A stretch of 64,000 nt of DNA, from IMG/VR virus record IMGVR_UViG_3300049187_000041; one strand, given 5' to 3'. This stretch comes from a virus. The position numbers and the translations under genes are program-made. How positions within the stretch are numbered: position 1 is the first letter of the stretch; each line of letters starts with the position of its first letter. The notes under the pieces are model-generated. The model made no database searches. It was not told where the DNA came from and saw nothing but the letters and a program-made list of their open reading frames with translations. This document shows positions 1 through 9,181 of this stretch, in pieces.

Positions 1-2
1 CG

Positions 3-611
3 GCCCTGCATGCAGTGCTGGCCGAGTTCTTCGAGCTGGTCGACGACAGCCACCGGCAGGAGCGCTGCGAGCGCGAGATCAGCCGCTACCAGGACAAGCA
101 GGCGAAGGCCAAACGCAGCGCCGAGGCACGCTGGAGCGCTGGCAAAACGCAAAGCGAAGGCAATGCGAACGCATCTGCGGACGCAATGCGAACGCATAGC
201 GAAGGCAATGCACCGCGCGCCCGTCCCCAGACACCAGACACCAGACACCAGTATTCCTCAGCCCCCCCCACGGGGGCTTCGGAGAAGCGCTCCGCGCCTT
301 TGCCCTGCCCGGATGGCGTCGATGCCCAGGTCTGGTCCGACTGGCTGCAGCTGCGCAAGGCCAAGAAGGCGCCCGTGACCGACACGGTGCTGAAGGGCGC
401 CGCCAGCGAGGCGGCGAAGGCAGGGATGTCGCTCGACGCCTTCCTGCGCATCTGGTGCTCGCGGGGATCGCAGGGCCTGCAGGCGGACTGGCTGAAGCCG
501 CAAGAGCGCACCCAGTCGCCGACAGACGACCGCTCCGCAAAGGTTGTCGCAACGCAGCGCCTGCTTGGCATTCCCACACCCACACCGCAAGGGGATTTCA
601 TCGATGGATAG
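3..611 (+). CDS. Phage replication initiator, lambda O-like (5'-truncated by window)
   Basis: Frame open from window start; 'ARWS' helix, internal iteron repeats, C-terminal 'WSDWLQLRKAKKAP...W.G' domain typical of prophage replisome organisers. Confidence 0.7.
   Translation, partial: ALHAVLAEFFELVDDSHRQERCEREISRYQDKQAKAKRSAEARWSAGKTQSEGNANASADAMRTHSEGNAPRARPQTPDTRHQYSSAPPTGASEKRSAPLPCPDGVDAQVWSDWLQLRKAKKAPVTDTVLKGAASEAAKAGMSLDAFLRIWCSRGSQGLQADWLKPQERTQSPTDDRSAKVVATQRLLGIPTPTPQGDFIDG
154..251. repeat. Iteron-like repeats inside initiator gene (probable ori)
   Basis: GCAATGCGAACGCAT at 160 and 183; GCGAAGGCAATGC at 154 and 199; (CCAGACA)x3.5 at 227-251. Confidence 0.65.
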
Positions 612-1539
612 CGCCGATCTCGAATCGTTCTCGGCCATGCTCGACAGCGTCAGCGGGCTCATCAGCAAGGGCCGCTACACACCGAGCGTGGAGCACACCG
701 CGGTGTTCTTCGCCGCTCTGCAGCCGTACTCGCTGGCCGAGGTGTCAGCGGCTTTCACGGCTCACGTCCGCGACCCCGAGCGCGGCAAGTACGCCCCGAC
801 GCCGGCTGACGTCATCCACCAAATCGAGGCCTCGCGCAGCGATGGCCGGCCCGGCGCCGACGAGGCCTGGGCGATGACGCCGACGAGCGAAGCGCAGTCC
901 GTGGTGTGGACCACGGAGATGGCCGAGGCGTTCGGCGTCGCGGCGCCGCTGCTGCAGGCCGGTGATCGCGTCGGCGCGCGGTTCGCCTTTCGCGATGCCT
1001 ACGAGCGGATCGTCGACCAGGCCAAGCGCGCCGGCCGTCGTCCGTTGTGGGTGCCTTCCCTCGGGCACGACCTGCACCAGCGCAAGCAGGCGCTGACCGC
1101 CGCCGTCGAGAAGGGCCTGTTGACGGCCGAGGCTGCGCACGAGGCCTGCCCCGCGCTGCCGTTGCCCGACAGCCAGCGCCTGCTGTTGCCGGCACCGAAG
1201 GCCGGCGGGCGCGAGTCGTTCCGCGCTGCCGTCACGTCGCTCGTCGAGCAGATGCGCGTCGACGGGCAAGACCCCAAGGGCTGGGCGAAGGATCTGCAGC
1301 GGCGCGAAGAGGCCGGCGAGACCCTGCACCAGTCGCAGAAGGACGCGTGGCGCCGCGCGCTGTGGGGGTCCGACATGCCCGAAAGCGTGCTGTTCGCCGG
1401 CATCTCGCTCATCCCCGACGAGGTGCTGCCGCCGGCCATGCGCAAGCACGCCATCCCGGCCAGCATGACCTTCGACGAGCAGGACGACGCGACGGCGAAC
1501 GCCGAAGCGCAGGCGCTGCAGTGGGAGGCCCAGCCATGA
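604..1539 (+). CDS. Prophage protein downstream of initiator, putative helicase loader
   Basis: Overlaps initiator stop; position matches lambda P-type loaders; function inferred from position. Confidence 0.45.
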   Translation: MDSADLESFSAMLDSVSGLISKGRYTPSVEHTAVFFAALQPYSLAEVSAAFTAHVRDPERGKYAPTPADVIHQIEASRSDGRPGADEAWAMTPTSEAQSVVWTTEMAEAFGVAAPLLQAGDRVGARFAFRDAYERIVDQAKRAGRRPLWVPSLGHDLHQRKQALTAAVEKGLLTAEAAHEACPALPLPDSQRLLLPAPKAGGRESFRAAVTSLVEQMRVDGQDPKGWAKDLQRREEAGETLHQSQKDAWRRALWGSDMPESVLFAGISLIPDEVLPPAMRKHAIPASMTFDEQDDATANAEAQALQWEAQP

Positions 1540-2450
1540 CCCTGACCCCTTGCATGGGCGGCTGGTGCACGAGGCGCGACCACTGCGCGCATTTCCACGC
1601 AGCCAGTGAACACCACCAACCCGCCGAGCGCTTGTGCCCTCCTGGGCATGACGGAGTCGGCTTGCAAACCCTGGAGCACATCGACATGACCCGTCCCTAC
1701 ATCAGCGCCGAATTGCGCCGGCAGCAGGCCCTCGAGATCCTGCGCGACGGCATCACCATCGCCGAGATTCGCGATGCGCTCGGGTACGCCAGCAACGAGA
1801 ACGCGACCCGCGTCATGGATGCGCTGGTCTACGCCGGCCAAGCGTTCCATGCGCGCGCCAAGGCCGATCCCGAGTCCGGCGGCCGCGCGTGGACGACGCA
1901 CTACTTCAAGACGGCCGAGGCGCGCGATGCCTACGTCAAGGCGAAGGACAAGGCCATCGCCGAGCGCAAGAGCGCGCGAAAGAAGGCGACAGCCAACCGC
2001 ATGCCGTACTACATCAAGCGCAACGCCGAACGCAAGGCGGCGCGCCAGGCGAGGGTGCAGGAGGACGCTGCAAAGCGGGCCGCCGAGAAGGCGCAGCGCG
2101 AGGCCTTGCAACTGGCCGAGGCCGAACAGCGCAAAGAGCGCGCCCGCCTCGAGCGAGAGGCGAAGGCCGCCGCCAAGCAGCGCGAGGCCGCTTCGGCCAA
2201 GAGTCAGCAGGCCCGCCTGAAGGCCGAGACGAAGGCCGCCGGCCTGATGGCGCAGCTCAAGAGCAACGCCAAGGCCGCACCTGTCGTCATCAAGGCACGC
2301 GGCCCGGCGTTTGTCGATGGCCCGGCCGACATGTCGCGAGCGAAGATCACGAAGCTGCCGACGCCGCCGGATCGCTTCGCGGTCACGAAGGCGCCGAGCG
2401 TCATCTCGTCGGGAGCATGCCGCTCCTGGGCTGCGGCGGTGGCAGCATGA
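1536..2450 (+). CDS. Hypothetical protein (Cys/His-rich N-terminus, HTH-like middle, Ala/Lys/Arg coiled coil)
   Basis: ATGA overlap with upstream gene; MTLTPCMGGWC start. Confidence 0.6.
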   Translation: MTLTPCMGGWCTRRDHCAHFHAASEHHQPAERLCPPGHDGVGLQTLEHIDMTRPYISAELRRQQALEILRDGITIAEIRDALGYASNENATRVMDALVYAGQAFHARAKADPESGGRAWTTHYFKTAEARDAYVKAKDKAIAERKSARKKATANRMPYYIKRNAERKAARQARVQEDAAKRAAEKAQREALQLAEAEQRKERARLEREAKAAAKQREAASAKSQQARLKAETKAAGLMAQLKSNAKAAPVVIKARGPAFVDGPADMSRAKITKLPTPPDRFAVTKAPSVISSGACRSWAAAVAA

Positions 2451-2662
2451 TGCCCGCTCGCGTGCTCGCCCAAGTGCTGCGCTTGGGGTCTCAGTGGCTG
2501 GAGGTGAAGGCCGCGGCGCTGCGTCGCACCCATCCCGCGCGCCCGCGCGCATTTCCCCGCATCACCGCCGCGGCGTTCTGGTGGACCTACATCCTGGTGG
2601 GCATGCCGCTGCTTGGCTGGGGGCTGAGAGCGCTGATCGAGGCGCTGGGGCTGCGGGCATGA
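2447..2662 (+). CDS. Small protein with C-terminal TM helix
   Basis: ATGA overlaps at both ends; hydrophobic FWWTYILVGMPLLGWGL. Confidence 0.6.
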   Translation: MMPARVLAQVLRLGSQWLEVKAAALRRTHPARPRAFPRITAAAFWWTYILVGMPLLGWGLRALIEALGLRA

Positions 2663-3045
2663 TCCACGTCCCCATCCGCACAGTCCCCGGACTCAACGTC
2701 CGCGAGCACTTCGCCGTCCGCGCCAAGCGCGTCAAGGCCGAGCGCACGGCCACTGCAACCGCGCTCTACGGCAAGCCCAAGCCGCCCATCCCCTGCAGCG
2801 TGCGCCTGACCCGCGTTGCGCCGTCGGCCGGCGTGGACGACGACAACCTCGTCGGCGCGCTCAAGGGCGTGCGAGATCAGGTCGCGGCATGGCTCGGCGT
2901 CGACGACAAGCACCGCAACCAGGTGCGCTATGTCTACGAGCAGAAGCGCGGGCCCTGGGGCGTCGAGATCGAGTTCGGCCAGCCGGTGTCGGGCGCGCAG
3001 TTCACGCTGCTACTGCCCGAGCCGGAAGAGGAGGGCGCGTTTTGA
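2659..3045 (+). CDS. rusA: RusA-like Holliday junction resolvase
   Basis: DDDNLVGALKGVRD...GVDD matches the RusA D-x-D-N...K...D...DD pattern. Confidence 0.75.
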   Translation: MIHVPIRTVPGLNVREHFAVRAKRVKAERTATATALYGKPKPPIPCSVRLTRVAPSAGVDDDNLVGALKGVRDQVAAWLGVDDKHRNQVRYVYEQKRGPWGVEIEFGQPVSGAQFTLLLPEPEEEGAF

Positions 3046-3287
3046 GCTGCCCCGCCTGCACCGAAGCCGCGGCCGTGGAGTCGCACCAGTTCGCCGCCGG
3101 CTGCCGCGGCTGCGTCGCCCGCGGCCTGGCCCGCATCTTCCTCCGCCGTGGCGAGCGCGGCCGCAAGCTCCGCATGGCCTGCGAACAGGCCGGCGTCACC
3201 GAGCAGCAGGTGCGCCAGGCGTGGGCCGCGGATGCGGCGAACCCGGAGCGGCCGTTGACGAAAGCTGACCAGGAGGCAAGTTCGTGA
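3042..3287 (+). CDS. Small Zn-binding hypothetical protein
   Basis: TTGA overlap; CPAC...CRGC. Confidence 0.55.
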   Translation: MSCPACTEAAAVESHQFAAGCRGCVARGLARIFLRRGERGRKLRMACEQAGVTEQQVRQAWAADAANPERPLTKADQEASS

Positions 3288-3312
3288 CACGAAGTCATCT
3301 CACCCGCACAAT
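3284..3312 (+). promoter_or_regulatory. Sigma70-like promoter for small membrane ORF
   Basis: GTGACA-N17-CACAAT ending 8 nt before ATG 3321. Confidence 0.4.
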
Positions 3313-3320
3313 GGCGGCCC

Positions 3321-3500
3321 ATGTTCAAGGCCTTGCTGATCGCTGTCTCCATCGCCATCACCACGGCGCTGGTGCAGCTCGTCATGGCGGCCTTCCCCTC
3401 CGGCGTGAGCGAGACCAGGGCCGTACTGGTCGTGCTGCTGGTGCTGCTGAACCCACTCCAGACCTACTGGCTGCTGAAGAAGCTGGCCGGCGGGCTCTGA
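3321..3500 (+). CDS. 59-aa two-TM membrane protein (not in ORF track)
   Basis: MFKALLIAVSIAITTALVQLVMAAFPSGVSETRAVLVVLLVLLNPLQTYWLLKKLAGGL; fills the gap between neighbouring genes. Confidence 0.65.
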   Translation: MFKALLIAVSIAITTALVQLVMAAFPSGVSETRAVLVVLLVLLNPLQTYWLLKKLAGGL

Positions 3501-3513
3501 CCGGGAGCTGGTC

Positions 3514-3909
3514 GTGAGGGCGCCGCAGATGGCGCCGGACTGGCACCAGGTGCTCGATCAGCTGATGCATGCTGGCCTCAGCCGCAGGGACATCAGCCAG
3601 CGCATCGGCTGCGACCTCACGCTGCGCATGATTGCCCACTACAAAAACGGCGCCCAGCCGCTGCACTACCGTGGCGAGGCGCTAATCGCTTTCTGGTGCG
3701 AGACGCTGCAGCGCACGCGCGATCAGCTGCCGGTCGCGGCGGTGGTCCGTGGGCACCGGGTCAACTTCAACCGCGACCCGAACAACGCCCCGCAGATGCG
3801 CGCGCCGCTGCCGCAGTGGCCGCCGATCCACCAGATGGCGAAGGCGACCAAAGCGCGCAAGGCAGCAACTGCGTCGGCGCCGCGGAAGAAGGCGAAGGAG
3901 CCGGCGTGA
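3514..3909 (+). CDS. HTH-like protein, candidate late-gene activator
   Basis: LSRRDISQRIGC...IAHYKNG HTH-like segment; directly upstream of terS. Confidence 0.5.
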   Translation: MRAPQMAPDWHQVLDQLMHAGLSRRDISQRIGCDLTLRMIAHYKNGAQPLHYRGEALIAFWCETLQRTRDQLPVAAVVRGHRVNFNRDPNNAPQMRAPLPQWPPIHQMAKATKARKAATASAPRKKAKEPA

Positions 3910-4388
3910 CGCCAAAGCAGGAGGCCTTCGTCCGCGAATACCTGGTGGACCTGAACGCCACGCAGGCGGCGATCCGCGCCGGCTACAGCGAGCGGACGGC
4001 GAAGCAGATCTCGCACACGCTGCTGGGTCGGCCCGAGGTTGCGGACGCCGTTGCCCAGGCCATGAAGGCTCGCGGCGAGCGTACGCAGATCACCGCCGAC
4101 CGTGTTCTGACGGAGATCGAGCACATGGCCATGCTGGACCCAGCCGCCCTCATCAACGTCAAGCGCCCAGCCGACATCGCCAAGCTGCCCGAGGATGTGC
4201 GGCGGGCCATCGTCGGCTGGTCGTGGGATGCCAAGGGACGATTCCAGGTGAAGCTCGCCAAGGAGGCCGCCTTGCAGATGCTGGGCCGGCATCACCGGCT
4301 GTTCAATGACAAGGTCGTCGTCGAGGTGGTCGACCGCGCCCAGGCCCTGCGCGAAGCGCGCGAGCGCGTGAATGCAGGACGCAGCTGA
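3906..4388 (+). CDS. terS: Terminase small subunit
   Basis: GTG start; TPKQEAFVREYLVDLNATQAAIRAGYS signature. Confidence 0.92.
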   Translation: MTPKQEAFVREYLVDLNATQAAIRAGYSERTAKQISHTLLGRPEVADAVAQAMKARGERTQITADRVLTEIEHMAMLDPAALINVKRPADIAKLPEDVRRAIVGWSWDAKGRFQVKLAKEAALQMLGRHHRLFNDKVVVEVVDRAQALREARERVNAGRS

Positions 4389-5863
4389 TGGACCATATCG
4401 AGAAGCAGCTGACCGAAGACATCGCCGGGTTCCAGCACGATCCGCTGGGCTTCGTGCTCTACGCGTTCCCGTGGGGCAAGGAGGGCACTGAACTGGCCAA
4501 GCACCCAGGTCCGCGCACCTGGCAGCGAGAAACGCTCGAGCTGATGGGTGAGAAGCTGCGCGACGGCGCAACCGTGGAGGATGCGATCCAGATCGCGACC
4601 GCGTCTGGCCACGGCATCGGCAAGTCGGCGCTGGTTTCGATGGTGATCCTGTGGGCGCTGGCCACGCGGGAGGACACGCGCGGCGTGGTCACGGCCAACA
4701 CCGAGAAGCAGCTGGTCTCTAAGACTTGGCCGGAGCTGGCCAAGTGGCACCGCATGTCGGTCATCCGGCACTGGTTCACCTTCACGGCCACAGCGCTCTA
4801 CAGCACGCAGGGCGACCACGAGAAGACCTGGCGTGTCGATGCGATCGCCTGGAGCCTGACCAACACCGAGGCGTTCGCCGGCCTGCACAACGAAGGCAAG
4901 CGCGTGCTGCTGATCTTCGACGAGGCATCGGCTATCCCTGACGAGATTTGGGAGGTGTCCGAGGGCGCGCTGACCGACGCCGACACCGAGATCCTGTGGC
5001 TGGCGTTCGGCAACCCCACACGGAACACCGGTCGGTTCAAGGAGTGCTTTGGCAAGCGCCGCCACCGCTGGGCGCATCGCCAGATCGACAGTCGCACCGT
5101 CGAGGGCACCAACAAGGCCCAGCTCGAGAAGTGGGTTGAGGACTACGGCGAGGACAGCGACTTCGTGCGCATTCGCGTGCGCGGCATCTTCCCGCGGGCC
5201 GGTGTGAGCCAGCTGATCGGGACCGACCTTGTTGAGGACGCGCAGAAGCGCAAGGCTGACGGCATCGACCCTGGCGCGCCGTTCATCCTCGGCTGCGACA
5301 TCGCCCGCTTCGGCGACGACCAGAACGTCGTGCGCGGGCGCCAGGGCCGGACCACGCGAGGCATGCGACCCGAGAAGTGGCGCGGCATGGACACGGTCTA
5401 CACGGCCAACCGCATCGCCACCATCATCGACCGCACGAACCCAGACGCCGTGTTCATCGACGGTGGCGGCATTGGCGGCGCGGTGGTTGACATCCTCAAG
5501 AGCCGCAACTACCGGGTCATCGAGGTCAACTTCGGCGGCAAGGCCAAGAACGAGCAGGACTTCTACAACAAGGCCGCCGAGATGTACCAGGCCATCAAAG
5601 ACTGGCTGCCCACGGCGCAGCTGGACGACGACTCCGAACTGGCCGACGACCTTACGGCGCGCGAGTACGGCTTCGACAAGGACGGCCGCCTGCAGTTAGA
5701 GAAGAAGGAAGACATGAAGAAGCGCGGCCTGCCCAGCCCTGACGATGGTGACGCGCTCGCGCTGACCTTCGCCGAGCCGGTCCAGCGCAAGGACACGCGC
5801 ACTAGCCGGCAGCCGCTGGGCCGCACACGCGTGGCAGCGACGGACTACAACCCGCTGGGCTAG
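4388..5863 (+). CDS. terL: Terminase large subunit
   Basis: Walker A SGHGIGKS, Walker B LIFDEAS, GNP motif, nuclease GCDIARFGDD and SPDDGDALALTF. Confidence 0.95.
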   Translation: MDHIEKQLTEDIAGFQHDPLGFVLYAFPWGKEGTELAKHPGPRTWQRETLELMGEKLRDGATVEDAIQIATASGHGIGKSALVSMVILWALATREDTRGVVTANTEKQLVSKTWPELAKWHRMSVIRHWFTFTATALYSTQGDHEKTWRVDAIAWSLTNTEAFAGLHNEGKRVLLIFDEASAIPDEIWEVSEGALTDADTEILWLAFGNPTRNTGRFKECFGKRRHRWAHRQIDSRTVEGTNKAQLEKWVEDYGEDSDFVRIRVRGIFPRAGVSQLIGTDLVEDAQKRKADGIDPGAPFILGCDIARFGDDQNVVRGRQGRTTRGMRPEKWRGMDTVYTANRIATIIDRTNPDAVFIDGGGIGGAVVDILKSRNYRVIEVNFGGKAKNEQDFYNKAAEMYQAIKDWLPTAQLDDDSELADDLTAREYGFDKDGRLQLEKKEDMKKRGLPSPDDGDALALTFAEPVQRKDTRTSRQPLGRTRVAATDYNPLG

Positions 5864-5898
5864 GGAAAAACGTTCGCCCACCCGGGCAGGACATTGCC
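5861..5898 (+). promoter_or_regulatory. Phage 1 late-promoter motif, copy 1
   Basis: TAGGGAAAAACGTTCGCC-N11-GACATTGCC. Confidence 0.75.
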
Positions 5899-5919
5899 GG
5901 CACTTCCGGAGTGCCGCCG

Positions 5920-6108
5920 ATGTCCTTTCTCCGCCCCAAGATCCAATCCACCCCCGCGCCACCGCCTCCGACCATCGAGGACACCGCCGGTGCGCAGCAG
6001 GACTACCAGGACCAACTGCGCCGCCGCAAGGGGCGCGCCGCGTCCATCCTGACGGACCGCAATCAGGCGCCGCCGCAGACCGCCGCCAAGCAGCTGCTGG
6101 GCCAGTGA
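5920..6108 (+). CDS. Small Pro-rich virion protein upstream of portal
   Basis: MSFLRPKIQSTPAPPPP...KQLLGQ; same position as the small '...LLG' ORFs of phage 2. Confidence 0.7.
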   Translation: MSFLRPKIQSTPAPPPPTIEDTAGAQQDYQDQLRRRKGRAASILTDRNQAPPQTAAKQLLGQ

Positions 6109-7778
6109 TGGACATCGAGGCCGTCATCCGCCGCTTCGAGACGGCACGGGGCAACCGCGGCAACTGGGAAGACACCTGGCAGCAGATCGCCGACCGTGTG
6201 CTGCCGTCCATGGCCGACTTCAACACCCAGCGCTCGGACGGCGCTCGCCGCACCGAGCACATGTTCGATGCGACGGCTGCGCTGGCTGCGCAGAAGGCCA
6301 ATGCCGTGGTGTCGACCTTCGTCTGGCCGTCGAACCAGCGATACCAGAAGCTCAGCACCGGCAACCCGGACCTGGACAAGATCCACAGCGTGGCCGTGTG
6401 GCTGGACGCCGCCACCGACTGGCTTTTCCAGGCGCGCTATTCCCCGCGCGGCGCCTTCGAGGCGCAGATGGGCGAGTCGTCGCTGCAGGGCTTCGTGTTC
6501 GGTACCGGCAACCTCTACGTTGACGAGGGCTGGGCGGTGGACCCGAACAGCCGGATGCGCCGGCCGTTCCTGCGCTACAAGTCGCTGCACCTGGCGCGGA
6601 CCATCATCATGGAGAACGACGCTGGCATCGTCGACACGGTGTTCCGGTGGTGGTCGTGGTCGCTGCGCCAGCTGCACTCGTGGATCGAGAAGCAGAAGGC
6701 CCAGGGCTTCAAGGTCGCCGACATGCCGACGCAGCTGGCCGCTCGATTGCAGAGGTATCCGGACGAGCAGGTCGAGGTGGCGCACGTCGTCATGCCGCGC
6801 GAGGACTACGACCCGGAGCGCGTCGGACACGCCGGCATGCCCTGGGCGTCGTGCTACTTCCTGACCGGCCAGAAGGTCGCGCTGCAGGAGGGCGGCTTCA
6901 ACACCTGGCCGTTCGGCACCATGCGCTACATGACCTCGCCCGGCGAGGTCTACGGCCGCTCGCCGGCCTGGATGGCACTCAGCGACATCAAGGTGCTGAA
7001 TGCGATGAAGAAGACGGTCATCCAGGCTGGCCAGAAGATCGTGGACCCGCCGCTGCTGCTGTCCGAGGACGGCGTGCTGGGAGCCTTCAGCATGGTGCCG
7101 GGCGCTCTGAACTTCGGCGGCATCAACAGCCAGGGCCAGCGAATGGTCGAACCGCTGCTGACCGGCGCCAAGGTCGAGATCGGCATGGACATGATGGACA
7201 AGGAGCGCGAGATCATCGCCAGCGCGTTCCTGCTGGACGTCTTCCGCGTGCTGGTCGAGCACCCGAACATGACGGCCACACAGACGCTGGAGCTGATGCA
7301 GGAGCGTGCCGTTCAGCTCGCGCCCATCGGCGGCCGGCTGGAGACCGAGTGCCTGGGCCCGATCACCGAGCGCGAGCTGGACCTGGGCGCGCGCTCTGGT
7401 CAGCTGCCGCCTATGCCGCCCGAGATGATCGAGGCCGCTGGCGAGTACCGCATCGAGTACACCAGCCCGATGCGCCAAGCCATGCGAGCGAGCGAGGGCA
7501 TCGCCATCACGCGCACGCTGGAGGCCGCGCTGCCGATGGCCGAGGCCGACCCGAGCGTGCTGGACGCCTTCAAGCTGCCCGAGATGGCGCTGGGCCTGGC
7601 CGAGATCAACGGCGTGCCAGCCAAGTACCTCAACGACGCACAGGCCATCTCCGATGCCAAGGAGCAGCGCGCGCAGCAGGCCGAGATGCAGCAGCTCGTG
7701 GAGGCAGCGCCAGCCGTGTCGTCCGCAGCCGCCAACCTCACCAGGATGCAGGCCGCTGGCGGCCGTCCTCAACTCTGA
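6108..7778 (+). CDS. Portal (head-to-tail connector), podovirus type
   Basis: 557 aa; GEVYGRSPA, MTAT..LE...E, IEYTSPM motifs; follows terL. Confidence 0.92.
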   Translation: MDIEAVIRRFETARGNRGNWEDTWQQIADRVLPSMADFNTQRSDGARRTEHMFDATAALAAQKANAVVSTFVWPSNQRYQKLSTGNPDLDKIHSVAVWLDAATDWLFQARYSPRGAFEAQMGESSLQGFVFGTGNLYVDEGWAVDPNSRMRRPFLRYKSLHLARTIIMENDAGIVDTVFRWWSWSLRQLHSWIEKQKAQGFKVADMPTQLAARLQRYPDEQVEVAHVVMPREDYDPERVGHAGMPWASCYFLTGQKVALQEGGFNTWPFGTMRYMTSPGEVYGRSPAWMALSDIKVLNAMKKTVIQAGQKIVDPPLLLSEDGVLGAFSMVPGALNFGGINSQGQRMVEPLLTGAKVEIGMDMMDKEREIIASAFLLDVFRVLVEHPNMTATQTLELMQERAVQLAPIGGRLETECLGPITERELDLGARSGQLPPMPPEMIEAAGEYRIEYTSPMRQAMRASEGIAITRTLEAALPMAEADPSVLDAFKLPEMALGLAEINGVPAKYLNDAQAISDAKEQRAQQAEMQQLVEAAPAVSSAAANLTRMQAAGGRPQL

Positions 7779-7793
7779 CGGAAGGAGCCGGCT

Positions 7794-8105
7794 ATGGGCT
7801 GGAACGAAGCATTCGAGCGCGTCCGCGCGCGCCTGCGCAATCGGGCGTGGTGCTACCGAGCGCTGTTCAGGACGCCTGGCGGTGAGCTGACGCCGGCCGC
7901 CGAGACGGTCATGAAGGATCTGGCGAACTACTGCTACGCCAGCCGGTCCACCCTCAAGGTTTCGCAGGTCACGCAGGCAAGCGATCCGCTTGCGATGGCC
8001 TTCGCGGAAGGGCGGCGCGATGTGTTCAACCGCATCTGCGCCATGTGCAACCTCAGCGCCGACCAGATCGACCGGATCGCGCAACACAGGACGAACGACG
8101 AATGA
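7794..8105 (+). CDS. Bbp19-like small head protein
   Basis: AFAEGRRDV motif; follows portal. Confidence 0.75.
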   Translation: MGWNEAFERVRARLRNRAWCYRALFRTPGGELTPAAETVMKDLANYCYASRSTLKVSQVTQASDPLAMAFAEGRRDVFNRICAMCNLSADQIDRIAQHRTNDE

Positions 8106-8983
8106 ACACCCGATTCCGCTTTCACAAGCGTTACCCCCTCATGAACGAAGCTGACGCCGGTGGCGGCGGTGGCGGCGCACCAACCCCGCCTGGCGCTCCC
8201 ACGCCGCCGGCCCCGCCCGCACCGGGCCCGCTGGCATGGCTGGGCGAGAGCCCCGATGCCGAACTGCTGGGCCACGCCCAGAACGCCGGCTGGAAGTCGC
8301 CGCTCGACGCCGTGCAGGGACACCGCAACCTGGAGAAGCTGCTTGGCGCCGACCGCGCCGGCCGCACCATCGTGCTGCCCAAGGACGACGCCACGCCGGC
8401 CGAGTGGTCGGACTTCTACTCGAAGCTCGGCCGCCCGGGCACGCCCGACGACTACAAGCTGCCGGTGCCGCAGGGCGGCGATCCGGCCTTCGCCAAGGCT
8501 GCGGCCGGGTGGATGCATGAAGCTGGCATCCCCCTCAAGGCGGGGCAGGCGCTGGCCGCCAAGATGAACGAGCACGCTGCAGCGCAGGCGGCCGCCGAAC
8601 AGCAGGCGATCACGGCCGCGCTTGACGCGGAGCAGTCCGGGCTGAAGCGTGATTGGGGCGGCGAGTACGACATGCGCAAGGAGCTGGCCCGCCGCGCCGC
8701 CGTGGGCCTCGGCCTGGACGAGTCGAGCATCGAGACCCTGGAAACCGCCGTGGGCTTCTCCAAGGTCATGAAGGCCCTGGCCAAGGCAGGCGACCTAATG
8801 CGCGAGCACGGCGCCGAGGGCATGGGCGAGATGGGCAGCTTCGGCATGACACCCGAGGGCGCCAAGGCCCGCCGCACGCAGCTGATGGCCGACAAGGACT
8901 GGCGCACCAAGGCCATGGTGGCCAACAGCGCCGAGTGGGCGGAGCTGCAGAAGCTCGACCGCATCGTGGCCGGCGTGAAGTAG
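8102..8983 (+). CDS. Capsid scaffolding protein
   Basis: Pro/Gly N-terminus, LGRP..PDDY, L..DWG..YD; upstream of capsid gene. Confidence 0.8.
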   Translation: MNTRFRFHKRYPLMNEADAGGGGGGAPTPPGAPTPPAPPAPGPLAWLGESPDAELLGHAQNAGWKSPLDAVQGHRNLEKLLGADRAGRTIVLPKDDATPAEWSDFYSKLGRPGTPDDYKLPVPQGGDPAFAKAAAGWMHEAGIPLKAGQALAAKMNEHAAAQAAAEQQAITAALDAEQSGLKRDWGGEYDMRKELARRAAVGLGLDESSIETLETAVGFSKVMKALAKAGDLMREHGAEGMGEMGSFGMTPEGAKARRTQLMADKDWRTKAMVANSAEWAELQKLDRIVAGVK

Positions 8984-9018
8984 GGAAAAACGTTCGCCCC
9001 CCGGCCGCCGACATTGCC
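8981..9018 (+). promoter_or_regulatory. Phage 1 late-promoter motif, copy 2
   Basis: TAGGGAAAAACGTTCGCC-N11-GACATTGCC, fixed parts identical to copy 1. Confidence 0.75.
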
Positions 9019-9181
9019 CGCCAGACAGCCGGGAAACCGGTGGATCGGGCAGGGCCGGCGGGCCTCCGATGGCTCCAGGGGAAGACATGGCGGTTGGCGC
9101 ACGACACGCGCAAGCGAGGCTCCCGCAAGGGGCAGGCCAGGCGATCAGCAACCCCAGTGATCCAACCCATCGGAGCCAGCC

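Noticed and set aside
1047-1535. Upstream extensions given by the ORF track for several genes (1047, 2311, 13008, 18412, 26800-27891, 55016)
   Set aside because: Downstream starts with ATGA/TGATG overlaps or RBS fit better; the extensions overlap real upstream genes
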